The notes below the pieces were generated by a model. It worked only from the letters and a program-made list of their open reading frames with translations, had not been told where the DNA came from and ran no database searches. From the NCBI GenBank assembly GCA_050260675.1, contig JBLNCN010000004.1, forward strand, positions 3,211 to 67,210: a stretch of DNA of 64,000 bases, given 5' to 3'. This document shows positions 30,748 through 41,656 of this stretch, piece by piece. Every line of letters begins with the position of its first letter. The stretch's first letter is position 1. The stretch comes from Bacillota bacterium (lineage in GTDB: Bacteria > Bacillota > Sulfobacillia > Fermentithermobacillales > Fermentithermobacillaceae). The position numbers were made by a program, and so were the translations under genes.

Positions 30748-31467
30748 GTGGGAGGTTTGGCCGGCGAGCGAGTCTTGATCGTAGATGACGAACCGGAAAT
30801 CAGTCAGCTTTTGAGCCTTTACCTTACAAAAGAGGGATACGAGGTCACCTGTGTGACCGACGGCTCGGCTGCAATCGATGCCGTACGTCGAGAAAAGATA
30901 AGTTTTGTCATACTGGATGTTCTACTGCCGGGACTTGACGGTATCGAGGTCTGTACCGAGCTGCGAAAGTTGACCGATGTCCCCATCGTTTTCCTGAGTT
31001 GCAGGGACGAAGATATTGACAAGGTGATGGGCCTGGTCGCCGGCGGCGACGATTACATCACCAAACCTTTCAGCCCTCGCGAACTGGTGGCCCGAGTCAA
31101 GGCACATCTCCGCCGGTATCGCATGGTGAGCGCGGCAAGAGAACAGGGTCGGCCGTCGGCGCTCCGCTATGAAGGACTCGAGATTGACCTGGAAAGCTGC
31201 GAGGTCAGGGTCAGGGGCGAAGTGGTCTACCTATCCCACAAGGAGTTCGAACTGCTGTCGCTTCTCGCTCAGAACCCCGATAAGGTGTTTTCCGCGGACG
31301 ATCTGTTTGAGAAGCTGTGGAAGATGCAGAGTTTTGGCGACATACGCACGGTTATGGTGCACATTTCCAACCTCAGAAAGAAGATCGAGCGTAACCCAGC
31401 TGCGCCCGAATACGTCCTCACTGTTCGCGGTGCGGGATACAAGTTCAACGGCAGCCTCTCGGTCTAG
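30748..31467 (+). CDS. OmpR-family response regulator
   Basis: LIVDDE, ILDVLLP, DDYITKPF, winged-helix TVMVHISNLRKK..VRGAGYKF. Confidence 0.95.
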   Translation: MGGLAGERVLIVDDEPEISQLLSLYLTKEGYEVTCVTDGSAAIDAVRREKISFVILDVLLPGLDGIEVCTELRKLTDVPIVFLSCRDEDIDKVMGLVAGGDDYITKPFSPRELVARVKAHLRRYRMVSAAREQGRPSALRYEGLEIDLESCEVRVRGEVVYLSHKEFELLSLLAQNPDKVFSADDLFEKLWKMQSFGDIRTVMVHISNLRKKIERNPAAPEYVLTVRGAGYKFNGSLSV

Positions 31468-31484
31468 GTTGCGGTGAAGCTGTC

Positions 31485-33638
31485 GTGAAGCTAAAACCGC
31501 AAGTCTACCCTCTCGCTATCACGGTACTTGCATTTGGGCTCATGATCCTTATTGCCGCCGAAGTCTGGAACCGCGGGGGTTCGCCCGGCGACCTGGCGCC
31601 CATCGCGGTGAGCGGCGTGCTCGACCTGCGTAACTGGGAGAATGATACCGGAGAAATCCTGAAGCTCCAAGGGGACTGGAAGTTCTACTGGAACGAGCTG
31701 ATTTCCCCAGCTGACCTGGCCGATGGCAGGGCCAGCTTATCCGGCTATATGGATGCGGGGTTCTGGAACGGGTATGTCGTAGACGGTCAGCCCCTCCCCG
31801 GGCAGGGGTACGCTACTTATGCCCTCACCATCCTGATGAAACCAGACGGACAGCGAATGGCTCTGCGCCTACCCGCTCAGTCAACAGCGTTCCGCCTCTA
31901 CCTGAATGGCCGGGAGCTGGCATCTAACGGCGTTGTCGGGACATCAGCAGAGACCACTGTGCCGCAGTACATGCCTCTACTCGAAGAGTTCTACAACAAC
32001 AGCCCGCAGATCACCCTGGTCATGCAGGTTTCTAACTTCCATCACCGGCTCGGCGGAATGGGTGAGCCGCTTGAGATCGGCGCCGAACCGGCGCTGCGCG
32101 CGAAGACCAACCGCCTCATCCTGATGGACATGTACAGCATGGGCGCCATGTTCACGATGGGCTTCTACCACTTGCTCCTGTACTTCATGAGGAAGAAGGA
32201 CCGGTCCGCCGCCTATTTCGCCGGCATCTGCCTCTGCTACGGTGTTCGCTCCATGACCATAGGCGAGGTTGCACTGACCAAGATATGGCCCAACTTCGAT
32301 TGGGCGGCGCTCTTGGGGTTGGGATACCTTACTAGCGCAGGCATCCTCCCATTTGGGCTCCTGTTCGTCTGGGAGTTGTACAGGGAGGAAACCTCCAAGA
32401 TAGCCGTGACGGCGAGCATTGTCCACTACTCCGCCCTTATCCTGATCGTCTTGCTGGCGCCGACGACTGTCTCAACACAGGCGGTGGTCTACTACCAGGT
32501 TGGCAGCGCCGCGTTAAGCGCCTACGTGCTCTACGTGCTGGTCTCCGCGAGCATCAAGAGGCGGGAAGGGGCCCTTTGGTTGTCGGTGAGCGCCCTCTTC
32601 TTCATAGTGACGTTGCTCAACGACCTCTTGTACATCAACGGGATCATTCAGACCATGACTCTCTCATCCCTTGGCCTGGTCGTCGTTTGTTTCGGCCAAG
32701 CGCAAGTGCTGGCCGCCAGGTTTTCCAACGCGCTTACATCGGTCGAAGCCCTGAGGGACCAGCTTACCGCGGTCAACCAAGAGCTCATCGATCTGAACCG
32801 GGGTCTTGAGATGCGAGTCAGTGAAAGGACCGCTGCCCTGGTGGAATCCAACAAGCGGCTTGAGGCCATCAACGCCGAGATTGAGCGTATGGAGAAATCC
32901 CGCCGGCACCTGCTTGCCAACATCGCCCACGATCTCCGGACTCCGGTCACCCTGATCCAGGGCTATGTCGAGGCAATGCTTGACGGCGTAATCGAGGACC
33001 CGCAGGAACTCAACGAGTACCTGAACCTCATCGCCGGCAAGGCCTCCGGGCTGTCCCACCTCATAGCGGACTTGTTCGAGCTCACCCAGTTGGAGTCACG
33101 GCGCGTGACGTTCGACATGCGGCCTGTAGCCCTCAGGGATCTCGTGGGCGGGCTATACATGAAGTATGAGACCGACATCAGCCGCGCAGGCATGGTGCCG
33201 GTCCTGGTGGAGCCCGAATGGCAAGACGGGGAAGGTTCTACAGGGCCGATCGTCATCGCGGACCCCGAGCGGGTAGACAGGGTTTTCGCGAACCTGGTAT
33301 ATAACGCTCTCAAGTTCACGCCCCAGGGCGGCTCCATAACCGTGAGCTACGGACTGGCCGATCCTGAGGACTCAGGCACCGGGTCTCCCGAGTCGCGGTT
33401 CGCCGTCGTCAGCATTACCGACACCGGCACAGGCATCGCCGCTGAAGACCTGCCTTACGTGTTTGACCGTTTCTACAAGGTCCCGCGGGCCCGCAGCCAA
33501 GCGCCGGGAAGCGGCCTTGGGCTGTCGATCGCGCGGGAGATCGTCGAACTGCACGGCGGGCGGATCTGGGCCGAGAGCGCAAGGGGTGAAGGCGCCGCTT
33601 TCCGCTTCACCCTGCCGCTGGAAGCACAGCACCCCTAG
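31485..33638 (+). CDS. Sensor histidine kinase with 7TM-DISM-type input domain
   Basis: GVLDL, GDWKFYW and GYATY extracellular motifs; about 7 TM; AHDLRTP H-box; N, G1, F and G2 boxes. Confidence 0.92.
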   Translation: MKLKPQVYPLAITVLAFGLMILIAAEVWNRGGSPGDLAPIAVSGVLDLRNWENDTGEILKLQGDWKFYWNELISPADLADGRASLSGYMDAGFWNGYVVDGQPLPGQGYATYALTILMKPDGQRMALRLPAQSTAFRLYLNGRELASNGVVGTSAETTVPQYMPLLEEFYNNSPQITLVMQVSNFHHRLGGMGEPLEIGAEPALRAKTNRLILMDMYSMGAMFTMGFYHLLLYFMRKKDRSAAYFAGICLCYGVRSMTIGEVALTKIWPNFDWAALLGLGYLTSAGILPFGLLFVWELYREETSKIAVTASIVHYSALILIVLLAPTTVSTQAVVYYQVGSAALSAYVLYVLVSASIKRREGALWLSVSALFFIVTLLNDLLYINGIIQTMTLSSLGLVVVCFGQAQVLAARFSNALTSVEALRDQLTAVNQELIDLNRGLEMRVSERTAALVESNKRLEAINAEIERMEKSRRHLLANIAHDLRTPVTLIQGYVEAMLDGVIEDPQELNEYLNLIAGKASGLSHLIADLFELTQLESRRVTFDMRPVALRDLVGGLYMKYETDISRAGMVPVLVEPEWQDGEGSTGPIVIADPERVDRVFANLVYNALKFTPQGGSITVSYGLADPEDSGTGSPESRFAVVSITDTGTGIAAEDLPYVFDRFYKVPRARSQAPGSGLGLSIAREIVELHGGRIWAESARGEGAAFRFTLPLEAQHP

Positions 33639-33650
33639 CGCAGGAAAACG

Positions 33651-33685
33651 AAAAGAGCCGCCGGGTTTTCCGGCGGCTCGGCTCT
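33651..33685. terminator. Bidirectional terminator between the kinase and ftsH
   Basis: AAAAGAGCCGCCGG-GTTTT-CCGGCGGCTC. Confidence 0.75.
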
Positions 33686-33754
33686 TGGCCAATCTATCCT
33701 GCTAGATCCTTACAGCCTGTGCTGCTGAGCCCTCACAACCTGTGCTGCTGAACC

Positions 33755-35680
33755 CTACTCGCCTGCTTCCGTCACCGGAGCAATCCTGCCCTTCTCAGGC
33801 AAGACATCCTTCCTGGGCGCGCCTTGCGCGTCCTGGTCCTTCTCGGACTGCTCCTCGCGAGCGGGTGCAGCGGCCTTGGGCTCGGGAAGCGGCTTGCCTT
33901 CCAGCAGGAGTCCCAATTCCTCGCCCTTCAGGGTCTCTCTCTCCAGGAGAGTCTCTGCGACCAGGTTCAACGTGTCCCTCTTCTCTTGGAGCAAGGACTT
34001 GGCCCGGTTGTAGCACTCGCTGATGATCTTGCGCTCTTCCTGGTCAATGGCTGCGGCCACTTCCTCCGAGAAGTCTCTCTCGCGGCCGATATCCCTGCCC
34101 AGGAACACCTGTCCCTCTTTGCGCCCGAAGGTCAAGGGACCCAGTTTCTCGGACATACCGAACTCCATGATCATCCGGCGGACCAGATGGGTGGCCAGTT
34201 CAAGGTCGTTTGAGGCCCCGCTGGACACATCGTCGAAGATCATGTCCTCCGCCGCTCGGCCTGCCAGCGCCGCCGTCACCCTATCGAGGATCTGCGACTT
34301 GGTCACCAGATAGCGGTCCTCTTCAGGGGTTGTGAGCACGTGCCCCAAAGATGCGCCCCTCGACACGATTGTGACTTCACGCACCGGATCCGTATTGGGA
34401 AGGAGTTTGGCTACCAGGGCATGCGCCGCCTCGTGGAACGCAATGACCCTCTTCTCCTTCTCGTTCATCACGCGGGACTTCTTCTTGGGCCCGGCGATGA
34501 CGCGCTGAGTGGCTTCCTCCAGCTCTTCCATCCCGATGCGGCGCTTACGCCGGCGGGCTGTGAGGAGAGCCGCCTCGTTCACCAAGTTCTCAAGGTCGGC
34601 GGGTGTAAAGCCCGCTGTGCCCTTGGCAAGCGCCTTGAGGTCAACTTCCTTGCCCATCGGCTTGCCTCGGCTGTGGACCTTGAGGATCTGCTCCCTCGCG
34701 TTAAGGTCCGGCTTATCCAGGATTATCTGGCGGTCGAACCTGCCCGGCCGGAGAAGCGCGGAGTCCAGAATGTCCGGCCTGTTGGTGGCGGCCATCACGA
34801 TAATCCCCTGATTGGTCGAGAACCCATCCATCTCTACTAGGAGCTGGTTCAGGGTCTGTTCACGCTCGTCGTGTCCTCCGCCCATCCCGGCGCCCCTCAT
34901 GCGGCCGACCGCGTCGATCTCATCGATGAACACGATGGCCGGGGCGCGCTTCTTGGCCTGATCGAACAAGTCGCGGACGCGCGCGGCGCCAACGCCGACG
35001 AACATCTCAACGAAGTCGGAGCCGCTGATCGAAAGGAACGGGACGCCCGCTTCACCGGCGACCGCTCTCGCGATGTACGTCTTGCCGGTGCCTGGAGGAC
35101 CAAACAGCAGGACGCCCTTAGGGATTCGGGCTCCCATTTCTACGTACTTCCGGGAGTGCTTCAGGAAATCCACAATCTCCTGGAGCTCTTCCTTAGCTTC
35201 CTCAAGCCCTGCAACGTCCTGGAAGGTAACCTTCTCGTGAATGTCTGACTGGAGCCGCGCTCTCGAGCGGCCGAACTGCATCACTTGCTTTCCGCCGCCC
35301 TGGCTCTGCTGAAGCATGTAGAAGAACAGCGCCACCATGATGAGAGCGGGGATCATGTTGGAGAGCAGGGATACCCACCATTCCGGCTCGGGCGGCAGCT
35401 CGAACTTGACTGTCGCTCCCGACGCAACGAGCTTCTGGTACAGGGCGGGATCTACCGGGATAATGGTGGTAAAACTGGTCCCGTCTTTGAGCGCTCCGGT
35501 TACGCTTCTCTCGTCGACGATGGTAACTTCAGAGACCTTTCCTGCCTCGACCTGAGACAGGAAACGGTTATAGTCAAGGTCGACATATTGTTCTCTGGGC
35601 GTGAAGAGGTCAGCAAGCGAAATCGCTATGAATATGAGCAACGCGTAGATTGCGAGACTTCGCCATATCTTGGTGTTCAT
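33755..35680 (-). CDS. ftsH: ATP-dependent zinc metalloprotease FtsH
   Basis: Two TM segments, [28 protein letters not shown]. Confidence 0.98.
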   Translation of the reverse strand: MNTKIWRSLAIYALLIFIAISLADLFTPREQYVDLDYNRFLSQVEAGKVSEVTIVDERSVTGALKDGTSFTTIIPVDPALYQKLVASGATVKFELPPEPEWWVSLLSNMIPALIMVALFFYMLQQSQGGGKQVMQFGRSRARLQSDIHEKVTFQDVAGLEEAKEELQEIVDFLKHSRKYVEMGARIPKGVLLFGPPGTGKTYIARAVAGEAGVPFLSISGSDFVEMFVGVGAARVRDLFDQAKKRAPAIVFIDEIDAVGRMRGAGMGGGHDEREQTLNQLLVEMDGFSTNQGIIVMAATNRPDILDSALLRPGRFDRQIILDKPDLNAREQILKVHSRGKPMGKEVDLKALAKGTAGFTPADLENLVNEAALLTARRRKRRIGMEELEEATQRVIAGPKKKSRVMNEKEKRVIAFHEAAHALVAKLLPNTDPVREVTIVSRGASLGHVLTTPEEDRYLVTKSQILDRVTAALAGRAAEDMIFDDVSSGASNDLELATHLVRRMIMEFGMSEKLGPLTFGRKEGQVFLGRDIGRERDFSEEVAAAIDQEERKIISECYNRAKSLLQEKRDTLNLVAETLLERETLKGEELGLLLEGKPLPEPKAAAPAREEQSEKDQDAQGAPRKDVLPEKGRIAPVTEAGE

Positions 35681-35698
35681 TTTACGCCCCCTCTCCTT

Positions 35699-37237
35699 TT
35701 ACGAATAAACCCGACCGGAGGTCGGGCAAGACCTCCAAATAGTAGCATAATTCCTGCTACATCGCAAGTATGGCCGCACTTCAACTTCCAGCATACGGAT
35801 TGTATGGTGATCTATGCGAAAATCCTCTCCGGGTCTCATGCCGGCTACACATACAATATCGCCGGCGGAGGTGACCAGCGGTGTAAAATCCCTCTGAAAC
35901 CTGGGCACCTTCCTTTGGACCAGGAAGTCCTGCAGCTTCTTCACGCGGCCCTCCATGCCCAAAGGCCTGAAGCGGTCACCGCGCCGCCTGGTGCGGACCG
36001 TGAGGGGCCCCTTCAGCTTGTCGTAATCCAGCCGTATAACGGGCTCCACGAGCCAAGGCGGGTACCCTTCAAGACCGCTTCGCTCCGCGCTTCGTTCCGT
36101 GCTCCCTTCCTTACAGCCCTGCGAAGCCCTCTCCATGAGTTCCACACCATTACCTTCGAATGTCCGGGTGGTGAACGTAACACCCAGTTCAGGAACCTCC
36201 ACAGAACCGTCTATGGGAAGCGAAACCTCCAGATCTGCTGGCGGTGCAGGGTAGAACCATATTGCGGCCTCGGACCTCACGGCAGTCACGCCGTCGGGAA
36301 GGCTTATCACATTCTCCGGCGACCACAGAAGCTCCTGTATGCGCGGAACCGGCAGGTTTCCCGACGAACCGGAACACTCACGCCATGCCATCTCAAGTAC
36401 CCTGGACGACAAGGCTGGAGGCATGGCGCCCAAGGCCTTCCTCTCTACTGACGTAACCCGCGCCTGCTTGCAGGACACAGCCAGGAAAGCCTGACGAGCC
36501 ATCTCCTCAAGCAGATCGGCGTCCCAGCGCAGCGCGGAGGCTGTCCAAGCCAGAGTCTTCGTGAGCGATGGGTTGAAGCGTTTCTCCAGATCCGGGATGA
36601 CCTCCAGCCGGAGCGCGTTGCGCGTGTACTTGGGATCGAGGTTGTAGACGTCCATCATAGTTGGGATGTTCCGGAGGCGGCAGTACTCCTCGATCTGGAC
36701 GCGGGGGACTTCGAGCAAGGGCCTCACGATGTCCCCGTTGACGGGCGGGATACCGGCCAGTCCCTGAGTGCCGGCTCCGCGAAGGAGCCGCATGAGCACG
36801 GTCTCGGCCTGATCGTTCAGGTTGTGCCCCAGGGCGATCTTGCTCGCGCCGGTCTCTGCTCGCACTTTCCGGAGGAACGAATAGCGGGCCTCTCGGCCGG
36901 CCTCTTCGACTCCAATGCCGCGCTCTTTGGCCAGGCCGTTCACATCCGCGTCCCCGATAGCGCACTCTATCCCAAGTCTTTTCGCAAAGTCTCGCACCAT
37001 GGCTGCGTCTTTAGGGGCCTGCGCTCTCATGTGATGGTTAAGGTGCGCCGCGTGAAGCCGGATGCCGAGTTCAGGGGACAAGGCGAATAGAACGTCAAGG
37101 AGGCACATTGAGTCGGGTCCTCCGGAGACCGCTACGATAACCAAGTCCCCCGGAGAGACCATCCGGTGCCTCCTGATTGTCTCCAATACCGAGCGCCTGA
37201 CGGATCCTACAGAAGACCCTGCCGTCCTGTTCATCAC
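35699..37237 (-). CDS. tilS: tRNA(Ile)-lysidine synthetase
   Basis: AVSGGPDS PP-loop, HNLNDQAET, VRPLL, RNALR. Confidence 0.96.
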   Translation of the reverse strand: MMNRTAGSSVGSVRRSVLETIRRHRMVSPGDLVIVAVSGGPDSMCLLDVLFALSPELGIRLHAAHLNHHMRAQAPKDAAMVRDFAKRLGIECAIGDADVNGLAKERGIGVEEAGREARYSFLRKVRAETGASKIALGHNLNDQAETVLMRLLRGAGTQGLAGIPPVNGDIVRPLLEVPRVQIEEYCRLRNIPTMMDVYNLDPKYTRNALRLEVIPDLEKRFNPSLTKTLAWTASALRWDADLLEEMARQAFLAVSCKQARVTSVERKALGAMPPALSSRVLEMAWRECSGSSGNLPVPRIQELLWSPENVISLPDGVTAVRSEAAIWFYPAPPADLEVSLPIDGSVEVPELGVTFTTRTFEGNGVELMERASQGCKEGSTERSAERSGLEGYPPWLVEPVIRLDYDKLKGPLTVRTRRRGDRFRPLGMEGRVKKLQDFLVQRKVPRFQRDFTPLVTSAGDIVCVAGMRPGEDFRIDHHTIRMLEVEVRPYLRCSRNYATIWRSCPTSGRVYS

Positions 37238-37277
37238 TCCTGTGTCTGTAGGATACCAGAAAGCCCCAAGGGACGCA

Positions 37278-39416
37278 TTAGACCCGCTCGATCCTGGCCG
37301 CTACAACCGTCACGTCGTCAGGTGGCTCCTGCCCTCCGACCCGGCGGCCGTAGCCAAGAAGCGTCTTCACCGAGAGGTCGAGGGAACCTTCCTTAAGCCG
37401 CCGGAGCCGCGAGATTAGGAGATGCTCGGCCCGGGCGGGAACGGGACTTGACCTGAAGATCCCGTCAGAGACCAAGTAGATCTCATCCCCAGCTGCCACC
37501 GGCTCGCTGGTGGCGAAACAGGGAAGCGCGCTGAATGCCCCAGCGGGGGGGCGGGAACCCCTTACTACCAGGACGTTGCCGTCCTTCTTGCGGATAAACG
37601 ACGGAGGAGCGCCGAGCTTGTGGAAGTACGCCCTCTCGGTGTCTTGGTCAATAAGCAGGCAGTCAACGGCTACGAAACTGTCGGGCCTGCATGAAAGGAA
37701 CAGGGCCGAGTTAAGGAACGACACGCAGGAGTCATAGTCAAGTCCGCAGTCTAGCAGCGACCGGAGGATCTCTATGGTTTCCTTGCTCTGTTTTGCGGCT
37801 GACTCGCCCTTGCCCATGCCGTCCACGAGGACCGCAAGGGTGCGGGTCGGCGAGATGTCGTACTTGACCCACATGTCGCCGGGCCGGTCGGTGCCCTCGG
37901 CGGGAGTGGAACCGCCCTTGACGGTCACCTTGAGTCTCTGCTTGCGGACCCTTCCTGCCGCTTCGGCAGCAGGCTGAGGCCGGGGAGCGAGGAGCTGCCC
38001 CAGACAGCGGTACTGGAACGACAGGCAGTCTTTTGTCTCATCGTCGATCGTCCGGAGGCGTCTCTCAAGGCGGCTCAACTCGCGCACGTGATTCAGCTCA
38101 CCGATCACCTGAGGGAAACGCCTGCAGAGGTCCGCCGCCCGCGAGTTGGACTCCGAAGTGATCTGACCGCTCACCTGCATAGAGCGCGTGAGATCCAGGA
38201 ACGCTTCGTACGTCTCGCCGAATCGCTCCTCCCAACAAGAGGACCTGTCTTCGCAGTCCCGGCACACGCGCTCGGCTATTAGCCTTACAACCGAGGGGTC
38301 CGTGGCGAGATCTTCGTCGGCCGTGTCCGAGATCGCCACGGTCGAGGCGGAGGCTGCTTGGGAGAGCATGTCTCCCATCTCGAGCAGAGCGTGGGCTACG
38401 GCAGCGGTCCGAACGGAGTGTGCATCCATTGCCGGCCTGGGCCTGGACGCATTCCTGCCGGCGGCCAAGACCGGAAACCGCTCTGACAGCATCTTCTCCG
38501 AACGCTTTGTCAGGAGCAGTATGGCGACGCAAGAGATGAACTGCTCAGTCAGCCGGATCGTCAAATCGCCCGATGACTCGGCGTAGATGGACATGAGGAG
38601 CCCGCCCGAGAGATACCCCAGGACCGACTCAACCCTGCCAAACCATCCCCCGACTCCAGCCAGGAGACCGGATACTCCGAGGACGCCGAGAATGGCTGCA
38701 CCGTCACTTCCGGTAAGAGCCACTATCAGGCCCGCAGCCAGGCCCGCGATGGCTCCCCCGCCAGGGCCTGCGGCAAACCCCGCCACCAGCGTGCAGCCCA
38801 TAGCGGCCGCGTCCAAGACCCCTATCCCGTACACTGTGAGACCGTGCAGCCCCCCCAGTGACAACAAGACCACAACAAGCAACGCCTCAGAAGCCTTTTC
38901 CGTAAAGGAGGGACCCTTGTCGCGATCGGGTGAGAAAGCTATTTGAGTAAGGGCCGCGACAACTACCGCGCACAGCCCTTCCAGCAAGGCGGACATGTAG
39001 GAGAAAAGCGACGGCGAGTTGACGGCCGCAGCTACCAAACGTGAGACTGTTACTACACCGCCCGAGAGCAGCGAGTCAAGTATCCCGGGAGCCTTCCTGT
39101 CCCGCCCTACCCTCATGGCCAGAGTCACCAGGACAAACGCCAGGACGTTGTAGGCGAGGAGGCTCCAATCCCTCATGGTGGCGGCTCCGATCGCCGAACC
39201 AAGCGCCGCGTACAATGACAGTCTCGGGTTTTGGCGCCGCAGCCCGGCATAGAAGGCCGGAGCGAAGGGCGCAAGGCTTCCTGCAAGGACCGTCCGCGCC
39301 AGCAATAATCCCAGTGCGGTCACGTAGTAAGGATCCCTGTCGAGGTGAAGTTCGGGTATCTTCAAAGATTTCATGAAAGAGGACATCCTGTTCAAAACGC
39401 GGTCCCCTCCCCGCAC
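37278..39416 (-). CDS. spoIIE: Stage II sporulation protein E (membrane PP2C phosphatase)
   Basis: About 10 TM, C..C....CW motif, DGMG, SDGIF, DDVTV; upstream of tilS. Confidence 0.88.
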   Translation of the reverse strand: MRGGDRVLNRMSSFMKSLKIPELHLDRDPYYVTALGLLLARTVLAGSLAPFAPAFYAGLRRQNPRLSLYAALGSAIGAATMRDWSLLAYNVLAFVLVTLAMRVGRDRKAPGILDSLLSGGVVTVSRLVAAAVNSPSLFSYMSALLEGLCAVVVAALTQIAFSPDRDKGPSFTEKASEALLVVVLLSLGGLHGLTVYGIGVLDAAAMGCTLVAGFAAGPGGGAIAGLAAGLIVALTGSDGAAILGVLGVSGLLAGVGGWFGRVESVLGYLSGGLLMSIYAESSGDLTIRLTEQFISCVAILLLTKRSEKMLSERFPVLAAGRNASRPRPAMDAHSVRTAAVAHALLEMGDMLSQAASASTVAISDTADEDLATDPSVVRLIAERVCRDCEDRSSCWEERFGETYEAFLDLTRSMQVSGQITSESNSRAADLCRRFPQVIGELNHVRELSRLERRLRTIDDETKDCLSFQYRCLGQLLAPRPQPAAEAAGRVRKQRLKVTVKGGSTPAEGTDRPGDMWVKYDISPTRTLAVLVDGMGKGESAAKQSKETIEILRSLLDCGLDYDSCVSFLNSALFLSCRPDSFVAVDCLLIDQDTERAYFHKLGAPPSFIRKKDGNVLVVRGSRPPAGAFSALPCFATSEPVAAGDEIYLVSDGIFRSSPVPARAEHLLISRLRRLKEGSLDLSVKTLLGYGRRVGGQEPPDDVTVVAARIERV

Positions 39417-39501
39417 GTTGTTGCTTCCATATTATCCCAGGTACTGGCGCACTCTTTGTCGCCGCCTGTCTGGTAGGGGACGCGTTTTCGTGGATCTAGG
39501 C

Positions 39502-39508
39502 TGTCGAA
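39502..39508. promoter_or_regulatory. Spo0A box upstream of spoIIE
   Basis: Exact TGTCGAA; a degenerate TGTCGCC at 39457; minus-strand GATAAT at 39431-39436. Confidence 0.55.
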
Positions 39509-39547
39509 CGGCGCACGCCAGACGAGGCAAGTGGCGTAATATGGGTG

Positions 39548-39594
39548 ATCGTGAATGTGAGGTCATCGTGAATGTGAAGTGCTCGTGAAGGGGA
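39548..39594. repeat. Three 13-bp direct repeats with 17-bp period
   Basis: ATCGTGAATGTGA, ATCGTGAATGTGA, CTCGTGAAGGGGA. Confidence 0.7.
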
Positions 39595-39780
39595 AGCGCG
39601 CGGTGTTGCGGCGAGTACCCAGACAAATCATGAGGCGGCAGGAGAAACGCCCTGCCGCCTTTGTTTATTCTAGCCATCCCGGCCGCCGTTCCGCTGGCAG
39701 TTGAGGATGTGCCAACCCAAACAAGCGCTCCGCTCGCGGCTTCTCGCCGCCACTATGGTACTAGCAGCTTTACATCATTG

Positions 39781-41175
39781 TCAATTCAGGGGAAGCGATA
39801 CCTTGCTGTACTCCTGACCGTCTTTCATGCTCACCAGGAAAAACTCCAGCATGGTGGGGGACTGGTCAGCGAAGAGGGCCGGATCGACGTGCAGACCCCA
39901 AAGCCCCCAACCCATCCCCTGCGTCGCGGTGACGTAGCTGAACAAGATGTCGCCTGCCACGCCTGCTATTCTCCAGTTTACGTTTGCCTCGAAAGCTGAC
40001 GCAGCCCCAAGGGCGTACAGGCTGCCGCCATCCCACTCTGCGCCCTGAAGCGGGTTCATGCGGATGACATGCTTGAAGGTGGGATCGCTTGTCTCCGCCA
40101 TCCCAAGCAGCCTAACGATCACGGTTGCAGCCTCGCCCCTGCTCAGACCCTCCATGGGGCGATAGGTCCCATCCGGGAAACCGGCGATGAAGCCGCGGTT
40201 GGCGCTCTCCTGGATAGCCGTCCTGTACTTCTCAGTAGCCGTGTTCAGGTCGGCGAAGACGGGCGCCGGGCTGACCTCCTGATAATCAACCTCCGGATGC
40301 TGCTTCAAGTAGGCTGCTGAAGCAGTTACCAGCAACGCGGCCATTTCCCCACGAGGGATGACCTCGTCAGGTTTCAGGTTCTGGCCGTAGTCCGATGCTT
40401 TGATAAGGCCCGAAGCCAACGCCCTGCGGACATAGTCCTCATGCCACTTGCCCGTAACATCGGCGAAGGGGACGGCCTCACCCGATGCGTAAGGCAGTTT
40501 CAGTCCCTCCACCAGCATTTTGATGAACTCAGCGCGAGTCACCTTGTTGTCGGGCCTGTAAGTGCCGTCGGGGTACCCGTCCAGCACATCCCAGGCCATG
40601 AGGACGCCAACCGCGCCTCCGGACCAGTGCTGGTAGACGTCGTCCAGCACCTGGAACACGCTGCCGAAAACGCCCTCGGTGGAGAGGGGTTCCGTGATGT
40701 CCACGTGTCCGGCGAGGGAGTCCAGCTTCTCTCCGTTAACCAGGATCTGCACTGCAGTGACACCCTGGAATTGCCCCAGCGTCGCCACTATGGCGGAAAG
40801 GATTGCAGCTTCGCCGCCGGAGCCGACGTTCGCACCCTTTATCTCAGGACTGAAATCCACGGTAGCCAGACCGTCCTTGATGGTAACGCCCAATACCTTG
40901 GTTTCCTTGGGAAGAGGCAGGAACGGACCGCCTGGATATCCGGCTATCAGGGCTTCCATAGAAGCCTTTGCCGGCGCATCGGTCTTGGGAACGAGATGCC
41001 TAACCGGGTACACGAAGGACCCCAGTTTGGTGTAAAGCGGGAAATAGACCGTGAAATCCGTGTACTCGGGCTCGGCGGCCAGAGCAAGACCGGCCGGCAG
41101 AGCGGCCATTGCCGCAGCCAGCATAACTACTGCAATCACAGCCGCTACAAAACGCCCAAGATGCGTGGTCTTCAA
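39781..41175 (-). CDS. Secreted GerMN + S-layer homology (SLH) domain protein
   Basis: Signal peptide; GerMN LPKETKVL..ATVDFS..IVATLGQF; SLH GYPDGTYRP..TRAE and GFPDGTYRP..SRGE; C-terminal AFEANV Ig-like region. Confidence 0.88.
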   Translation of the reverse strand: MKTTHLGRFVAAVIAVVMLAAAMAALPAGLALAAEPEYTDFTVYFPLYTKLGSFVYPVRHLVPKTDAPAKASMEALIAGYPGGPFLPLPKETKVLGVTIKDGLATVDFSPEIKGANVGSGGEAAILSAIVATLGQFQGVTAVQILVNGEKLDSLAGHVDITEPLSTEGVFGSVFQVLDDVYQHWSGGAVGVLMAWDVLDGYPDGTYRPDNKVTRAEFIKMLVEGLKLPYASGEAVPFADVTGKWHEDYVRRALASGLIKASDYGQNLKPDEVIPRGEMAALLVTASAAYLKQHPEVDYQEVSPAPVFADLNTATEKYRTAIQESANRGFIAGFPDGTYRPMEGLSRGEAATVIVRLLGMAETSDPTFKHVIRMNPLQGAEWDGGSLYALGAASAFEANVNWRIAGVAGDILFSYVTATQGMGWGLWGLHVDPALFADQSPTMLEFFLVSMKDGQEYSKVSLPLN

Positions 41176-41230
41176 TAGCAGCAGCTCCTCTCGGAAAGGA
41201 AAACGTCCTGGAAATGTCCTTCACTATTAG

Positions 41231-41256
41231 GACGGTGACCAGGACTATCGGGTTCC
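41231..41256 (-). promoter_or_regulatory. ECF-sigma-type promoter for the GerMN/SLH gene
   Basis: Minus strand GGAAC-N17-CGTC. Confidence 0.55.
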
Positions 41257-41271
41257 AGTCAGAAAATGTAA

Positions 41272-41303
41272 AAGCCGGGTCGCCACAATGGACGGCCCGG
41301 CTG
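41272..41303 (-). terminator. Intrinsic terminator after the 81-aa gene
   Basis: Minus strand AGCCGGG..CCCGGCT followed by TTT. Confidence 0.6.
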
Positions 41304-41316
41304 CATCACCGTGCGC

Positions 41317-41562
41317 CTACCTGCAGGCGGCGTCGGACTGCAGTCCAACCAAGCACCGGTATTCCTCGGAGATCTTAAGGATGGAATCAAGCTGTTCCTG
41401 CACGTCGGGAGCCTTGAAAAGCTCCTTCATCCTTTGGGCGCCCCAAGCGGCGTCTGCAAGATCCCCAATAAACCTCTGGATTTCTCCGTACTCAAGACCC
41501 AAAATCGATGCCAGTCTCGACAGCGCCTTGTCGTAGCTTTGCCTGAGGCTGTCTAGTTGCAC
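41317..41562 (-). CDS. Small helical hypothetical protein, paralog of 45577-45819
   Basis: GAGGTGAGG RBS; aligns end to end with the 80-aa ORF. Confidence 0.75.
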   Translation of the reverse strand: MQLDSLRQSYDKALSRLASILGLEYGEIQRFIGDLADAAWGAQRMKELFKAPDVQEQLDSILKISEEYRCLVGLQSDAACR

Positions 41563-41656
41563 GGTGCCCTCACCTCACGTCAGCCTTGCCGATGTCATCA
41601 ACGATAACATCGCACATTTGGCGCCGCGGTACATGCGGTTTCACCTTAAACCGCCA

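Noticed and set aside
35285-36451. 388-aa plus-strand ORF
   Set aside because: Antisense to ftsH and tilS; no recognisable domain.
39548-39594. Short repeats considered as a CRISPR remnant
   Set aside because: Repeats are 13 bp with 4-bp spacers and there are no cas genes.
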